A DNA stretch of 51,624 nucleotides, taken from positions 1 to 51,624 of IMG/VR virus record IMGVR_UViG_3300017963_000074. One strand, 5' to 3'. Made by a program: the position numbers and the translations under genes. Shown here in pieces: positions 19,122 to 26,348 of this stretch (positions are counted from its first letter, which is position 1; every line of letters begins with the position of its first letter). Under the pieces are notes generated by a model. That model worked only from the letters and a program-made list of their open reading frames with translations. It searched no databases and was not told where the DNA came from. The DNA comes from a virus (lineage: Duplodnaviria > Caudoviricetes).

Positions 19122-19405
19122 GACTCCCTCCTTCCAAAGAGTTTATCGAAGAGTTTGTTTAGGATTTGTACCCACTTGTATCTGTACAGGAGTTTCCCAT
19201 ACAACTTATGAAGCAGGCTTTTGTACTCAGAGTTGTAGTAGACTCCTATCATATGCTGCACAGTATCGTCCAGAAACAGGATGGCTCCAATGGCTAGCAG
19301 GCCTATCGCAAGGTGCTGATCCAACCAAATGGCGAGGAAACCGGTCAGCAGGATGAACAGCCCAAGGTAGCCGTGATGGAAGCCTCTTTGAGAGTGGTTA
19401 CTCAT
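19118..19405 (-). CDS. Small 2-TM membrane protein with HH..DD..H residues
   Basis: GFHHGYLGL...LFLDDTVQH; 95 aa, ATGA-coupled. Confidence 0.6.
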   Translation of the reverse strand: MSNHSQRGFHHGYLGLFILLTGFLAIWLDQHLAIGLLAIGAILFLDDTVQHMIGVYYNSEYKSLLHKLYGKLLYRYKWVQILNKLFDKLFGRRES

Positions 19406-21930
19406 GGATTCGCGTCCGGTGATAGGATCTGGAAATTGGTTCCGTCATAAATCAAGTGGACATATGAACCCGCTTCGATGTAATTGTCCTGCGGGTCCTG
19501 GTCGTGCAGAGACTTCAATGACTTAGCGCCCAACGCGTTAATTTGTAGGGTACACGCACCCGTGTTCGCTACACCAGCATTGAGATAGATCACCATCCCA
19601 GTTGTGTAGGCGGTGATGTGATCGGAGACGAAGCCATAATCATCGTCCACCGAAGACGTATCCGCAAAAAAGTTCGGGCCGCTTGCATTGACGATGAGAG
19701 AGTCGCCATCACCAGGGACGCCGACAATAGCCACCCCCGGCCCGTCATCGTTGGGGTCGAGGATGATGTCATGGTCGGCGGCGGAAGTATAGATGGTAAG
19801 GTTAGATGCACCGGAACCCTCAATGATATTGTCAACGTGGAATACACCTGCGCTGTCCACCGACACATATTCCCCTGCTGTACCGGTGTCGCCGATGCGG
19901 ACTTCGCCGTCTGCGCCTGAAGAATTATCTCGAATGTCTAAATTCCAACTTTTTGTACCATTTGAACCTGTATATAAAGATGAGCTTGACGTTCCAAATA
20001 CAATGTAAGGGTTACTTTTCGAGGTATAATAAAGTTCTCCTGCGGTTGTTATATACATAGAGTTGGTATTAATAGCCGCATCAAAACTATACCCACCACT
20101 GGCATTTTGGAACACCGCTACATCGCCCGTGGTCATGGTCTGCTCCCAAGCATCCCCGTCACTGCCCTTGAACGCAATCACCGGCAACGAGTCAGCTCCT
20201 ATGTATTGGAGTATCGCGGCGCTGTCTATTGAGGCCCAGGTGCCGTAGTCTGAGTCCCAAGTGATAGCCTGTCTTGCACTTGAAGATGCAGCAGGGCCGC
20301 CGAGCCAGAGTTCGTCTGAGGCGAAGATTTTTTTGGGGCGCTGCGTTTTTGCGCCAAGATCATCAGCGTCATCATTTGTTGGTCCGAAAAGTGCGCTGCT
20401 CATATACCATTGTAAACTGCCGTTGACATCAAGCGACACACCGCTTACACCATCCAGATTGAGATAACCCGCCGACGCTGTAATTACCCCATTCCCTGAC
20501 TGCTCCAACGTCAGCGTGTTCCCTTCGGCACTTCCAAGCACAATAGTGCCATCAGAGTCTGCTGCTGCGACATACATCTTGACAAATCCACTATCAATAT
20601 TGGCCTCGGCACCACCTAAATCAGAGTCAATGGTTGTCACCAAATATGGCGTCTTGCTCTTCCCCCCTATCTGGAGGGAGTCGGCAAGGAAAAGGTTGGT
20701 CCACCTTCGGTCAAAATTTCCCAAAGTTTGACCACCATCATCTGAAATCGGTTGCGCTGTGTCATAAAACTCAATCTGACCATTTGTCCCCGCATTAAAG
20801 ACAATATCCCCTGTACTGGTCTGGATTGATCCACTGCTACCGTTATGCTGCCAAAATATACTTTTACCGTTCGCTGCATAAAGCGTAATTCGAGGATGTT
20901 CATCAATAAAATCGCCTGTTATTGCTGAAGAGTCAATATCCCCGAATGCGGCGTGTGTGGTCTCGTTGTCTGTGTCGTAGATGGCGAAATGAGTTGTATC
21001 ACTTGCGATGGATAACGAGGCGTAGGGCGTCGCTGTCCCTATACCGACCAAATCATTAGCCAAATCCCCGTAAATCGTATTGCCGATATTCAGTTGCGAG
21101 TTCCCTGTGGCGCTCTCAGCGTCTATGTCATATCCGATCATTATATTGAGGTCACCTGTGGTTATGTTATCTCCGGCATTGGAGCCGAGGAAGATGTTGC
21201 CATAACCCTCTGTATTCGCATAACCTGCTGAATCGCCCGCGGCTATCCCTTCGTAACCCGTGGTGTTGGAGTAGAGCGCCCCATAGCCCTGTGCGATGTT
21301 GTGGTAGCCTGTGGTGTTGGAAAATAGTGTCTTATACCCAATTCCTACATTATAGCTGGCGTGCAGTGTATTTGTTGCCGTGGAACCCATTGTGAAATTA
21401 CCGGCGGAATCACCGATGAAAATATTAAATCCATCTGGTACCGCCGTATTGCCGGTCGGGTGATGGTAGTCATGAATCCACCGACTCGCACCTTTGTAGA
21501 TCACGCCTTTGTCGTTTGAAGTGGTAGATTCCAATTCTATGTCACCGATCAAGTCCAATTCTTGGCTCGGACTCGCCGTACCGATGCCCACCTTATCGTC
21601 ACTCGTAACAACAAAGGCATGGTTCGCTCCTCCTACATGAAGCGAATCCAGAACATATAGAGAGTCAACTGTTATAGACGCCATAAAGGTGTCAACAACA
21701 CCTATCTGATATGTAAGGTACGAACTATCCGTCTTAAACCACATACCAGGATAGACCCTAACAGTATCTCCGTCTACATATAGAGCACTATCCCCAGTTG
21801 CTGAAAAGACAACAGTCGCGCTTCCCCCTGATACTAACTCAACCTGCCCCTGTGTCCTATTGCTAAGGAAAGCTATAGTCAATAGAAGAAGAACAGGAAC
21901 TAGAATCCTAGCAAAACCCTTCATTTTCAA
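19402..21930 (-). CDS. Tail-fibre-like protein with N-terminal Sec signal peptide
   Basis: 842 aa; MKMKGFAR + hydrophobic core + TQG|Q; KVGIGTASPSQELD motif, NTTGY.N.A.G beta-roll repeats, C-terminal YTTGM...NTGACTLQINALGAKSL...YDGTNFQI fibre domain. Confidence 0.75.
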   Translation of the reverse strand: MKMKGFARILVPVLLLLTIAFLSNRTQGQVELVSGGSATVVFSATGDSALYVDGDTVRVYPGMWFKTDSSYLTYQIGVVDTFMASITVDSLYVLDSLHVGGANHAFVVTSDDKVGIGTASPSQELDLIGDIELESTTSNDKGVIYKGASRWIHDYHHPTGNTAVPDGFNIFIGDSAGNFTMGSTATNTLHASYNVGIGYKTLFSNTTGYHNIAQGYGALYSNTTGYEGIAAGDSAGYANTEGYGNIFLGSNAGDNITTGDLNIMIGYDIDAESATGNSQLNIGNTIYGDLANDLVGIGTATPYASLSIASDTTHFAIYDTDNETTHAAFGDIDSSAITGDFIDEHPRITLYAANGKSIFWQHNGSSGSIQTSTGDIVFNAGTNGQIEFYDTAQPISDDGGQTLGNFDRRWTNLFLADSLQIGGKSKTPYLVTTIDSDLGGAEANIDSGFVKMYVAAADSDGTIVLGSAEGNTLTLEQSGNGVITASAGYLNLDGVSGVSLDVNGSLQWYMSSALFGPTNDDADDLGAKTQRPKKIFASDELWLGGPAASSSARQAITWDSDYGTWASIDSAAILQYIGADSLPVIAFKGSDGDAWEQTMTTGDVAVFQNASGGYSFDAAINTNSMYITTAGELYYTSKSNPYIVFGTSSSSLYTGSNGTKSWNLDIRDNSSGADGEVRIGDTGTAGEYVSVDSAGVFHVDNIIEGSGASNLTIYTSAADHDIILDPNDDGPGVAIVGVPGDGDSLIVNASGPNFFADTSSVDDDYGFVSDHITAYTTGMVIYLNAGVANTGACTLQINALGAKSLKSLHDQDPQDNYIEAGSYVHLIYDGTNFQILSPDANP

Positions 21931-21942
21931 CCTCCTCTTCCC

Positions 21943-22311
21943 TTAATTCTGAGCTGCCCGCTTTATTCCAGCAAGATACAGCGTTCCAGTCCCAGAGACA
22001 GCCTCTACAATCAACCTTCTGAGCTTAACCTCTGGCCCTATCTTCAAACCCATCCCGCTTTCCAGCCGGATTTGAAATCTTGTTGCAGTACTATCAGTAT
22101 CCCCAGGAGAACCAAACTGTAGAAAAATCGAACATCCTTGCGACCAGAGAGTAACCTGATCCCAGTCCCTCGGGAAGGTTGTATCCACAGCCGTAGTGGA
22201 CACAGCCAGGGAGTCTGTCCAGAGGTAGTACATCTGCTGCTGAGCCTCTGTCTCTCCCTGGAAAGCAATAAAAAAGGCGATTGCTAGAATCGCCACTATT
22301 AGGAATCTCAT
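21943..22311 (-). CDS. Small exported beta-sandwich protein (Sec signal peptide)
   Basis: MRFLIVAILAIAFFIAFQGETEA|QQQ; all-beta mature part. Confidence 0.7.
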   Translation of the reverse strand: MRFLIVAILAIAFFIAFQGETEAQQQMYYLWTDSLAVSTTAVDTTFPRDWDQVTLWSQGCSIFLQFGSPGDTDSTATRFQIRLESGMGLKIGPEVKLRRLIVEAVSGTGTLYLAGIKRAAQN

Positions 22312-22793
22312 TTTGTTTCCTCCTCTTCTACAACCTCAGCTTCCTCAGCGGAAAGGTTCATATCTCTCGCCATTTTCTTTATACCATCTATATCATCCCT
22401 CGTCAAGTGTGAGACAGAGACCTTCTTCTCGATCGCCTTGAAGCCACCCATCTCTAGGAGGTCCTTCGCCGCGGCCTTTCTGACCGGCCAGTCTGCCTCT
22501 TCCATCGCTTCCTCCATTGTATCAACTGCTTTTGGAAGAAGCTCGTGTATGCGTTGCTGTATGCCTATTACCGAAGTATCCCGACGGGCATGGAGGAGAC
22601 TCAACAACCTCCTCCCTTCCGGACTGTTCCTCACATTCGATACCGTTTGAGGAGAGACATTCAATCTATCTGCAATTGCCTTCCCCTTCATACCCAACGC
22701 CAGAAGCCTCAAAATCTCATGGTGAGTATCCCAAAGCTTCGTAATGGCATACGCCTTATCACCGTCAGCATTTCTCCTTTTATCTACCTTCAA
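22308..22793 (-). CDS. Terminase small subunit (N-terminal HTH)
   Basis: LuxR-like HTH (LALGMKGKAIADRLNVSPQTVSNV) plus KAVDTM...VRKAAAKDLLEMGG helix pair typical of TerS; near the start of the late operon. Confidence 0.65.
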   Translation of the reverse strand: MKVDKRRNADGDKAYAITKLWDTHHEILRLLALGMKGKAIADRLNVSPQTVSNVRNSPEGRRLLSLLHARRDTSVIGIQQRIHELLPKAVDTMEEAMEEADWPVRKAAAKDLLEMGGFKAIEKKVSVSHLTRDDIDGIKKMARDMNLSAEEAEVVEEEETK

Positions 22794-22802
22794 AGCTCCT
22801 CC

Positions 22803-22937
22803 CTAATTCATGCAATAGATAAACCGGCATCTGTGCCATACAATCGGGAGGGTGAAGTCCCTCATCATAAAATCTACAAAGAACTCCACCCAGTCCTTCG
22901 TGCCCTTCCTCAAAGTGTCATCTCTAATCTCCTTCAC
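22803..22937 (-). CDS. 44-aa hypothetical protein (below the ORF-track cutoff)
   Basis: GAGGTG RBS then GTG: MKEIRDDTLRKGTKDWVEFFVDFMMRDFTLPIVWHRCRFIYCMN. Confidence 0.45.
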   Translation of the reverse strand: MKEIRDDTLRKGTKDWVEFFVDFMMRDFTLPIVWHRCRFIYCMN

Positions 22938-22974
22938 TTTCACCTCTCGCTATACAAAACACCCTTATGCCTGG

Positions 22975-23003
22975 AAGATACGAAAAATCAACATAAATGT
23001 CAA
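22975..23003 (-). promoter_or_regulatory. Sigma70-type promoter for the late (structural) arm
   Basis: TTGACA-N17-TATCTT on the minus strand. Confidence 0.7.
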
Positions 23004-23353
23004 CACATATTTTGATGCTTCTATCCCACTCTTTCTCCCCCAACTTACCCTCCAGAAAGGGAAATTGGCCCGGCCTTTGCAGAACAGCATAAATCCACGC
23101 TAGGGGCCCCTGTACCATTCTCATTCTCCCCCCTTTTTTCCTCTCCCTTTGTCTTCCCTTTCCCTTTCGGTTAGCATAGAAATGCGCTTATAGGTGAAGG
23201 TTGGGTAAGATGTGGGGTCGACAGTACTTGGCATATCTTTCGCTCGTTCCCCCTAGGCACCCCCTAAAAATAGTCTATACTCCCTAGGTGGAGAACACAG
23301 CTATTGTTCATAATAGGTTTATATTGGATAGATGTTTTTTTATAAAAAAGTTC

Positions 23354-23382
23354 TTGCATTTTATGTTTTATTGTTGTATATT
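23354..23382 (+). promoter_or_regulatory. Early sigma70-type promoter P1
   Basis: TTGCAT-N17-TATATT with an upstream A/T tract. Confidence 0.7.
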
Positions 23383-23458
23383 GAGAATAGTGTTCATTGA
23401 CAACATCATGGGTGATGATTTGGTTGCGTGATATACAATCAAAACAAGGGGTCATGAA

Positions 23459-23851
23459 ATGGAAACTCTAAAACCAGAACACCTCAACCAAATCATTGAA
23501 AACGTTAAAGTTGCTATCACTCAAAGCGTGAAAGAGACCGAAGATCATGATTCTATTGAACTTGAGATAGAATATGACTTTTCGGGCGTAACTCTTCAAC
23601 AATTAATAGCTTATGCGGTGCAGCAACTCCGGATCAAAAGAGCAGCCAAATGTCGTAAAATGGGCAGCGAGTGGATGCAGGCCCATAAGAAACAGACAGT
23701 TACGGTTGCGGAAGATTTTGGCCGGAAAGCTGCTGTTCCTAAAGAAGTTACGTTGAAGAACTTCATCACGGGTTTGAGTGATGCAGAAAAAGCTGCATTT
23801 CTGAAGGATCCTGAAGGATTCTTGAACAAGCGGATTGCAACTTCTAAATAA
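23459..23851 (+). CDS. First early protein, hypothetical
   Basis: 130 aa monocistronic unit between P1 and a terminator. Confidence 0.8.
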   Translation: METLKPEHLNQIIENVKVAITQSVKETEDHDSIELEIEYDFSGVTLQQLIAYAVQQLRIKRAAKCRKMGSEWMQAHKKQTVTVAEDFGRKAAVPKEVTLKNFITGLSDAEKAAFLKDPEGFLNKRIATSK

Positions 23852-23885
23852 TCAATAGTTCATAATCATTGCCCATGATGAACAC

Positions 23886-23912
23886 AAACCCGCCCAAGAG
23901 GCGGGTTTTTTT
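23886..23912 (+). terminator. Intrinsic terminator
   Basis: AAACCCGCC-CAAGA-GGCGGGTTTTTTT. Confidence 0.9.
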
Positions 23913-23967
23913 ATGCCTGCTTACCATCGGGAGTGGATACATAGTGGCATACATTCGCTCCTTATGT

Positions 23968-23982
23968 TTTCATATTTTGAAA
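23968..23982. promoter_or_regulatory. Palindromic site 3
   Basis: TTTCATATTTTGAAA within CCTTATGT...ATGTACCTAT. Confidence 0.6.
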
Positions 23983-24052
23983 ATGTACCTATTGGTAAAT
24001 ATAGGGAACTGTAGACATGTATGATTGTATGTTGTAGTGGTATGCATGTATA

Positions 24053-24284
24053 CATATATGGATGTAGAAGGGGGGTCGCCTCCATTGTTGGGTTTGAAAA
24101 CGTAAGTTTTTTAAAATTTCCCTCACTTTCTTCCAATTTCCCTTATTTTTAATCTATTAAAAAAAAATAAAAAAAAATAAAGGAAGGACTAGACCACTTG
24201 CAAGGAGAATAAGGGGTTCTGTGCGAGGAAGTTACGTTTTCATGTTGGACAAATGGGGCGACCCCCAGACTACTTACATATATG
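24053..24284. repeat. Long imperfect inverted repeat around an A-tract (candidate replication origin)
   Basis: Arms 24053-24105 and 24232-24284 share CATATATG, GTAG, GGGGGTCGCC, CCATT and TGAAAACGTAA in inverted orientation; the centre has two long A runs. Confidence 0.65.
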
Positions 24285-24381
24285 CATATTTGTGTACACG
24301 CTACGGGTATACAGGTATACAAGAGAGTGTTTGGGGGAATAGATGTTTGGGGGAGTAGTGGGTGTTTTTTTGTGTGAGGTA

Positions 24382-24410
24382 TTGCAATTGTGGATTTTAT
24401 TTTGTATATT
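24382..24410 (+). promoter_or_regulatory. Early sigma70-type promoter P2
   Basis: TTGCAA-N17-TATATT. Confidence 0.7.
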
Positions 24411-24454
24411 GTGTATGTTGGATTGTAGATATGAGAGAAAGGAGGTGAGAGAGG

Positions 24455-24658
24455 ATGACTATAAGTGAGGAGGGAGGAGGTAAGAACTTCGCTGAGCTGG
24501 CTATGGATGTGAAGAGGTTGGAGAGAGATCTTATGGTGAGTTTAAAGGAGAGACTCGATCCGGGTAGTATGGTGCTGATAGCTGGGAGTATAGCGGAGAT
24601 TGTAGAGCTGCTGGAGAAGGTGTATGTGAAGTTGAGTGAGTTGAGGAGGAGAGAGTAA
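24455..24658 (+). CDS. Hypothetical early protein
   Basis: 67 aa, AAGGAGGTGA RBS. Confidence 0.7.
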   Translation: MTISEEGGGKNFAELAMDVKRLERDLMVSLKERLDPGSMVLIAGSIAEIVELLEKVYVKLSELRRRE

Positions 24659-24715
24659 CCCGCTTTGCTTATTCTGGCAAGCCAGTCAGTTGAGCTAACA
24701 TTAGAGAGGAGGTGA

Positions 24716-25012
24716 GTGAGAGTGACAAAACCAAGAGTGGTGAAACTGCACAAGCGTCCGGTTTGTTCCTTTTGTTCTGATCCTGCTATAGTGGACGGGA
24801 AGGTGAAGGATGGAAAGTGGGGCTATATGTGCCTTTCTCATTATCTTGACAAAGGGACAGGTTTGGGAATGGGAAAGGGGAGTCTGATCTTAGTGGGAGA
24901 AGGGACAGTTGAAGAAGCACAGGCATGCATAAAGTACTTTCTGGAGGTAGTTGAGATATGCAGAACTACACGCCAAAGAGGAGATACATTGTCTTCAATT
25001 CTGGGCGAGTGA
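24716..25012 (+). CDS. Zn-finger protein
   Basis: CSFC...AIVDGK...GKWGYMCLSH; AGGAGGT RBS. Confidence 0.65.
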   Translation: MRVTKPRVVKLHKRPVCSFCSDPAIVDGKVKDGKWGYMCLSHYLDKGTGLGMGKGSLILVGEGTVEEAQACIKYFLEVVEICRTTRQRGDTLSSILGE

Positions 25013-25167
25013 TTGCCTGGCCTGAAGGTGTCCCCTTTGAAATGATTGAGGAGAGGGTGAAAAGGAGAGATTTTGAGGTGGTGTGGGCGAGGAATAGGAA
25101 GATAGCTTTCCTGATAAAGATTGTATCAGATCAGCTGGTTGAGGGAAAGGGGGTGATGTTAAGGTGA
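24958..25167 (+). CDS. Hypothetical protein
   Basis: 69 aa, GGAGGT RBS. Confidence 0.55.
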   Translation: MQNYTPKRRYIVFNSGRVIAWPEGVPFEMIEERVKRRDFEVVWARNRKIAFLIKIVSDQLVEGKGVMLR

Positions 25168-25400
25168 CAGAAGAGGAGCTAGATCAGACTATGAGGGAAG
25201 TCCAGGAGGTCTTGGACTCTCACAACATCACGACAGCTGTTATTGGGATAGCAGGTGAGGAAATCTCCTCAATCCGGCTCAGAGGAGATGTTAGACAGCA
25301 GCTAGTGATGGGATTGGAGTTGGTGAGAAGTGCAGCTGTTGAGTTGCTAGGGATGACAGGGATGGGCTTTGTATCAGTGGGCTCCGGTCGGAGTAATTGA
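25164..25400 (+). CDS. Hypothetical protein
   Basis: 78 aa, GTGA-coupled to the previous gene. Confidence 0.65.
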   Translation: MTEEELDQTMREVQEVLDSHNITTAVIGIAGEEISSIRLRGDVRQQLVMGLELVRSAAVELLGMTGMGFVSVGSGRSN

Positions 25401-25422
25401 CAATCCTCCTCTCCTCACACAG

Positions 25423-25465
25423 ATCCCCCCTTTTGCCAGTCCAAGGTAGAAGGGGGATTTTTTTT
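25423..25465 (+). terminator. Intrinsic terminator
   Basis: ATCCCCCCTTTTGCC...GGTAGAAGGGGGAT followed by a T run. Confidence 0.8.
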
Positions 25466-25475
25466 GTCCTTATAT

Positions 25476-25490
25476 TTTCAAAATTTGAAA
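25476..25490. promoter_or_regulatory. Palindromic site 4
   Basis: TTTCAAAATTTGAAA between a terminator and promoter P3. Confidence 0.6.
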
Positions 25491-25540
25491 ATGTGCCTAT
25501 ATAAACATATCAAGGTAATTCACAAGCATATAAATATGTA

Positions 25541-25569
25541 TTGACAAATTGCAAATAATTTTGTATATT
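25541..25569 (+). promoter_or_regulatory. Early sigma70-type promoter P3
   Basis: TTGACA-N17-TATATT. Confidence 0.8.
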
Positions 25570-25606
25570 GTATTGTTAACTTTGACTTTAGGAAGGAGGG
25601 AAAAAG

Positions 25607-25981
25607 ATGAACAGACCTACCACCACCTACCAAGCCCGCTTAGACGTCCGGTCGATAGCCACAGTAATAAAAGCCTTTCAATCTATGAACACTCCTATCA
25701 GGAATAGAAGCAATCTTATCTGGATGGTGTTAGAGCATTTTGTGGATATTCTTGTTAATAACGGAGTGGTAGAGAGGGTGGAGGATATTGAGGAAGCTAT
25801 GAACATTATTAACAACAGCGGGTTGCCTCTCATAGATAAGCGCACTACAAATAAGGAACTTCTTGCAGCTATCAAGGAGCATAGATTTGGGAAGCTGGAT
25901 AAAGATAGGATAAGAGCACTGGCTGAGAGAGGAGCAAAGATGATAGAGGAGGAGCTAGATGGAGGGAATACAGAGTTATGA
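25607..25981 (+). CDS. Hypothetical protein, possible ribbon-helix-helix DNA-binding protein
   Basis: TTTYQARLD strand followed by helices with NRSNLI; AAGGAGG RBS. Confidence 0.55.
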   Translation: MNRPTTTYQARLDVRSIATVIKAFQSMNTPIRNRSNLIWMVLEHFVDILVNNGVVERVEDIEEAMNIINNSGLPLIDKRTTNKELLAAIKEHRFGKLDKDRIRALAERGAKMIEEELDGGNTEL

Positions 25982-25997
25982 TATTTTTTTCAACTTC

Positions 25998-26026
25998 TTG
26001 CATAATTCATTATTTTTTCGTATATT
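25998..26026 (+). promoter_or_regulatory. Early sigma70-type promoter P4
   Basis: TTGCAT-N17-TATATT. Confidence 0.7.
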
Positions 26027-26063
26027 ACAGCGCAATTTAAATAATCCCATAAGGTGAGAGAAG

Positions 26064-26348
26064 ATGCCTATCCCCTCGAAGCAACACAAAGAACAGCCAA
26101 AAGGTATAAGGGTCAGAGTTGAGTTTGTTTGTCCAGCTACTGACCTCAACACAGGTGAAAAGGTTGCAAAGGTGTTGGACAGTAAGACCTTCTTCGCCGG
26201 CTTCGACCATCCAATAGCTCTCCTCGATCCAAAGCTTCAATCCTACCTCTTCAAACAATTCCAGCTTGCAATAGGCACAATGCTTTCCTCTTATGGGAGA
26301 AATAAACCTATTATCTTCACAGCACAAGGAGGAATAGCAAATGGCTGA
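26064..26348 (+). CDS. Hypothetical protein
   Basis: 94 aa, TAAGGTGA RBS. Confidence 0.65.
   Translation: MPIPSKQHKEQPKGIRVRVEFVCPATDLNTGEKVAKVLDSKTFFAGFDHPIALLDPKLQSYLFKQFQLAIGTMLSSYGRNKPIIFTAQGGIANG

Noticed and set aside
22308-22793. LuxR-family transcription regulator
   Set aside because: Position near the head of the late operon and the C-terminal helices fit a terminase small subunit better, though this is not proven.
22924-23124. 66-aa minus-strand ORF upstream of terS
   Set aside because: It overlaps the late promoter; the shorter GTG ORF at 22803-22937 has a better RBS.
23900-24400. tRNA or known ncRNA in the non-coding regions
   Set aside because: No cloverleaf or T-loop consensus seen; an Infernal/tRNAscan run would be needed to exclude it fully.
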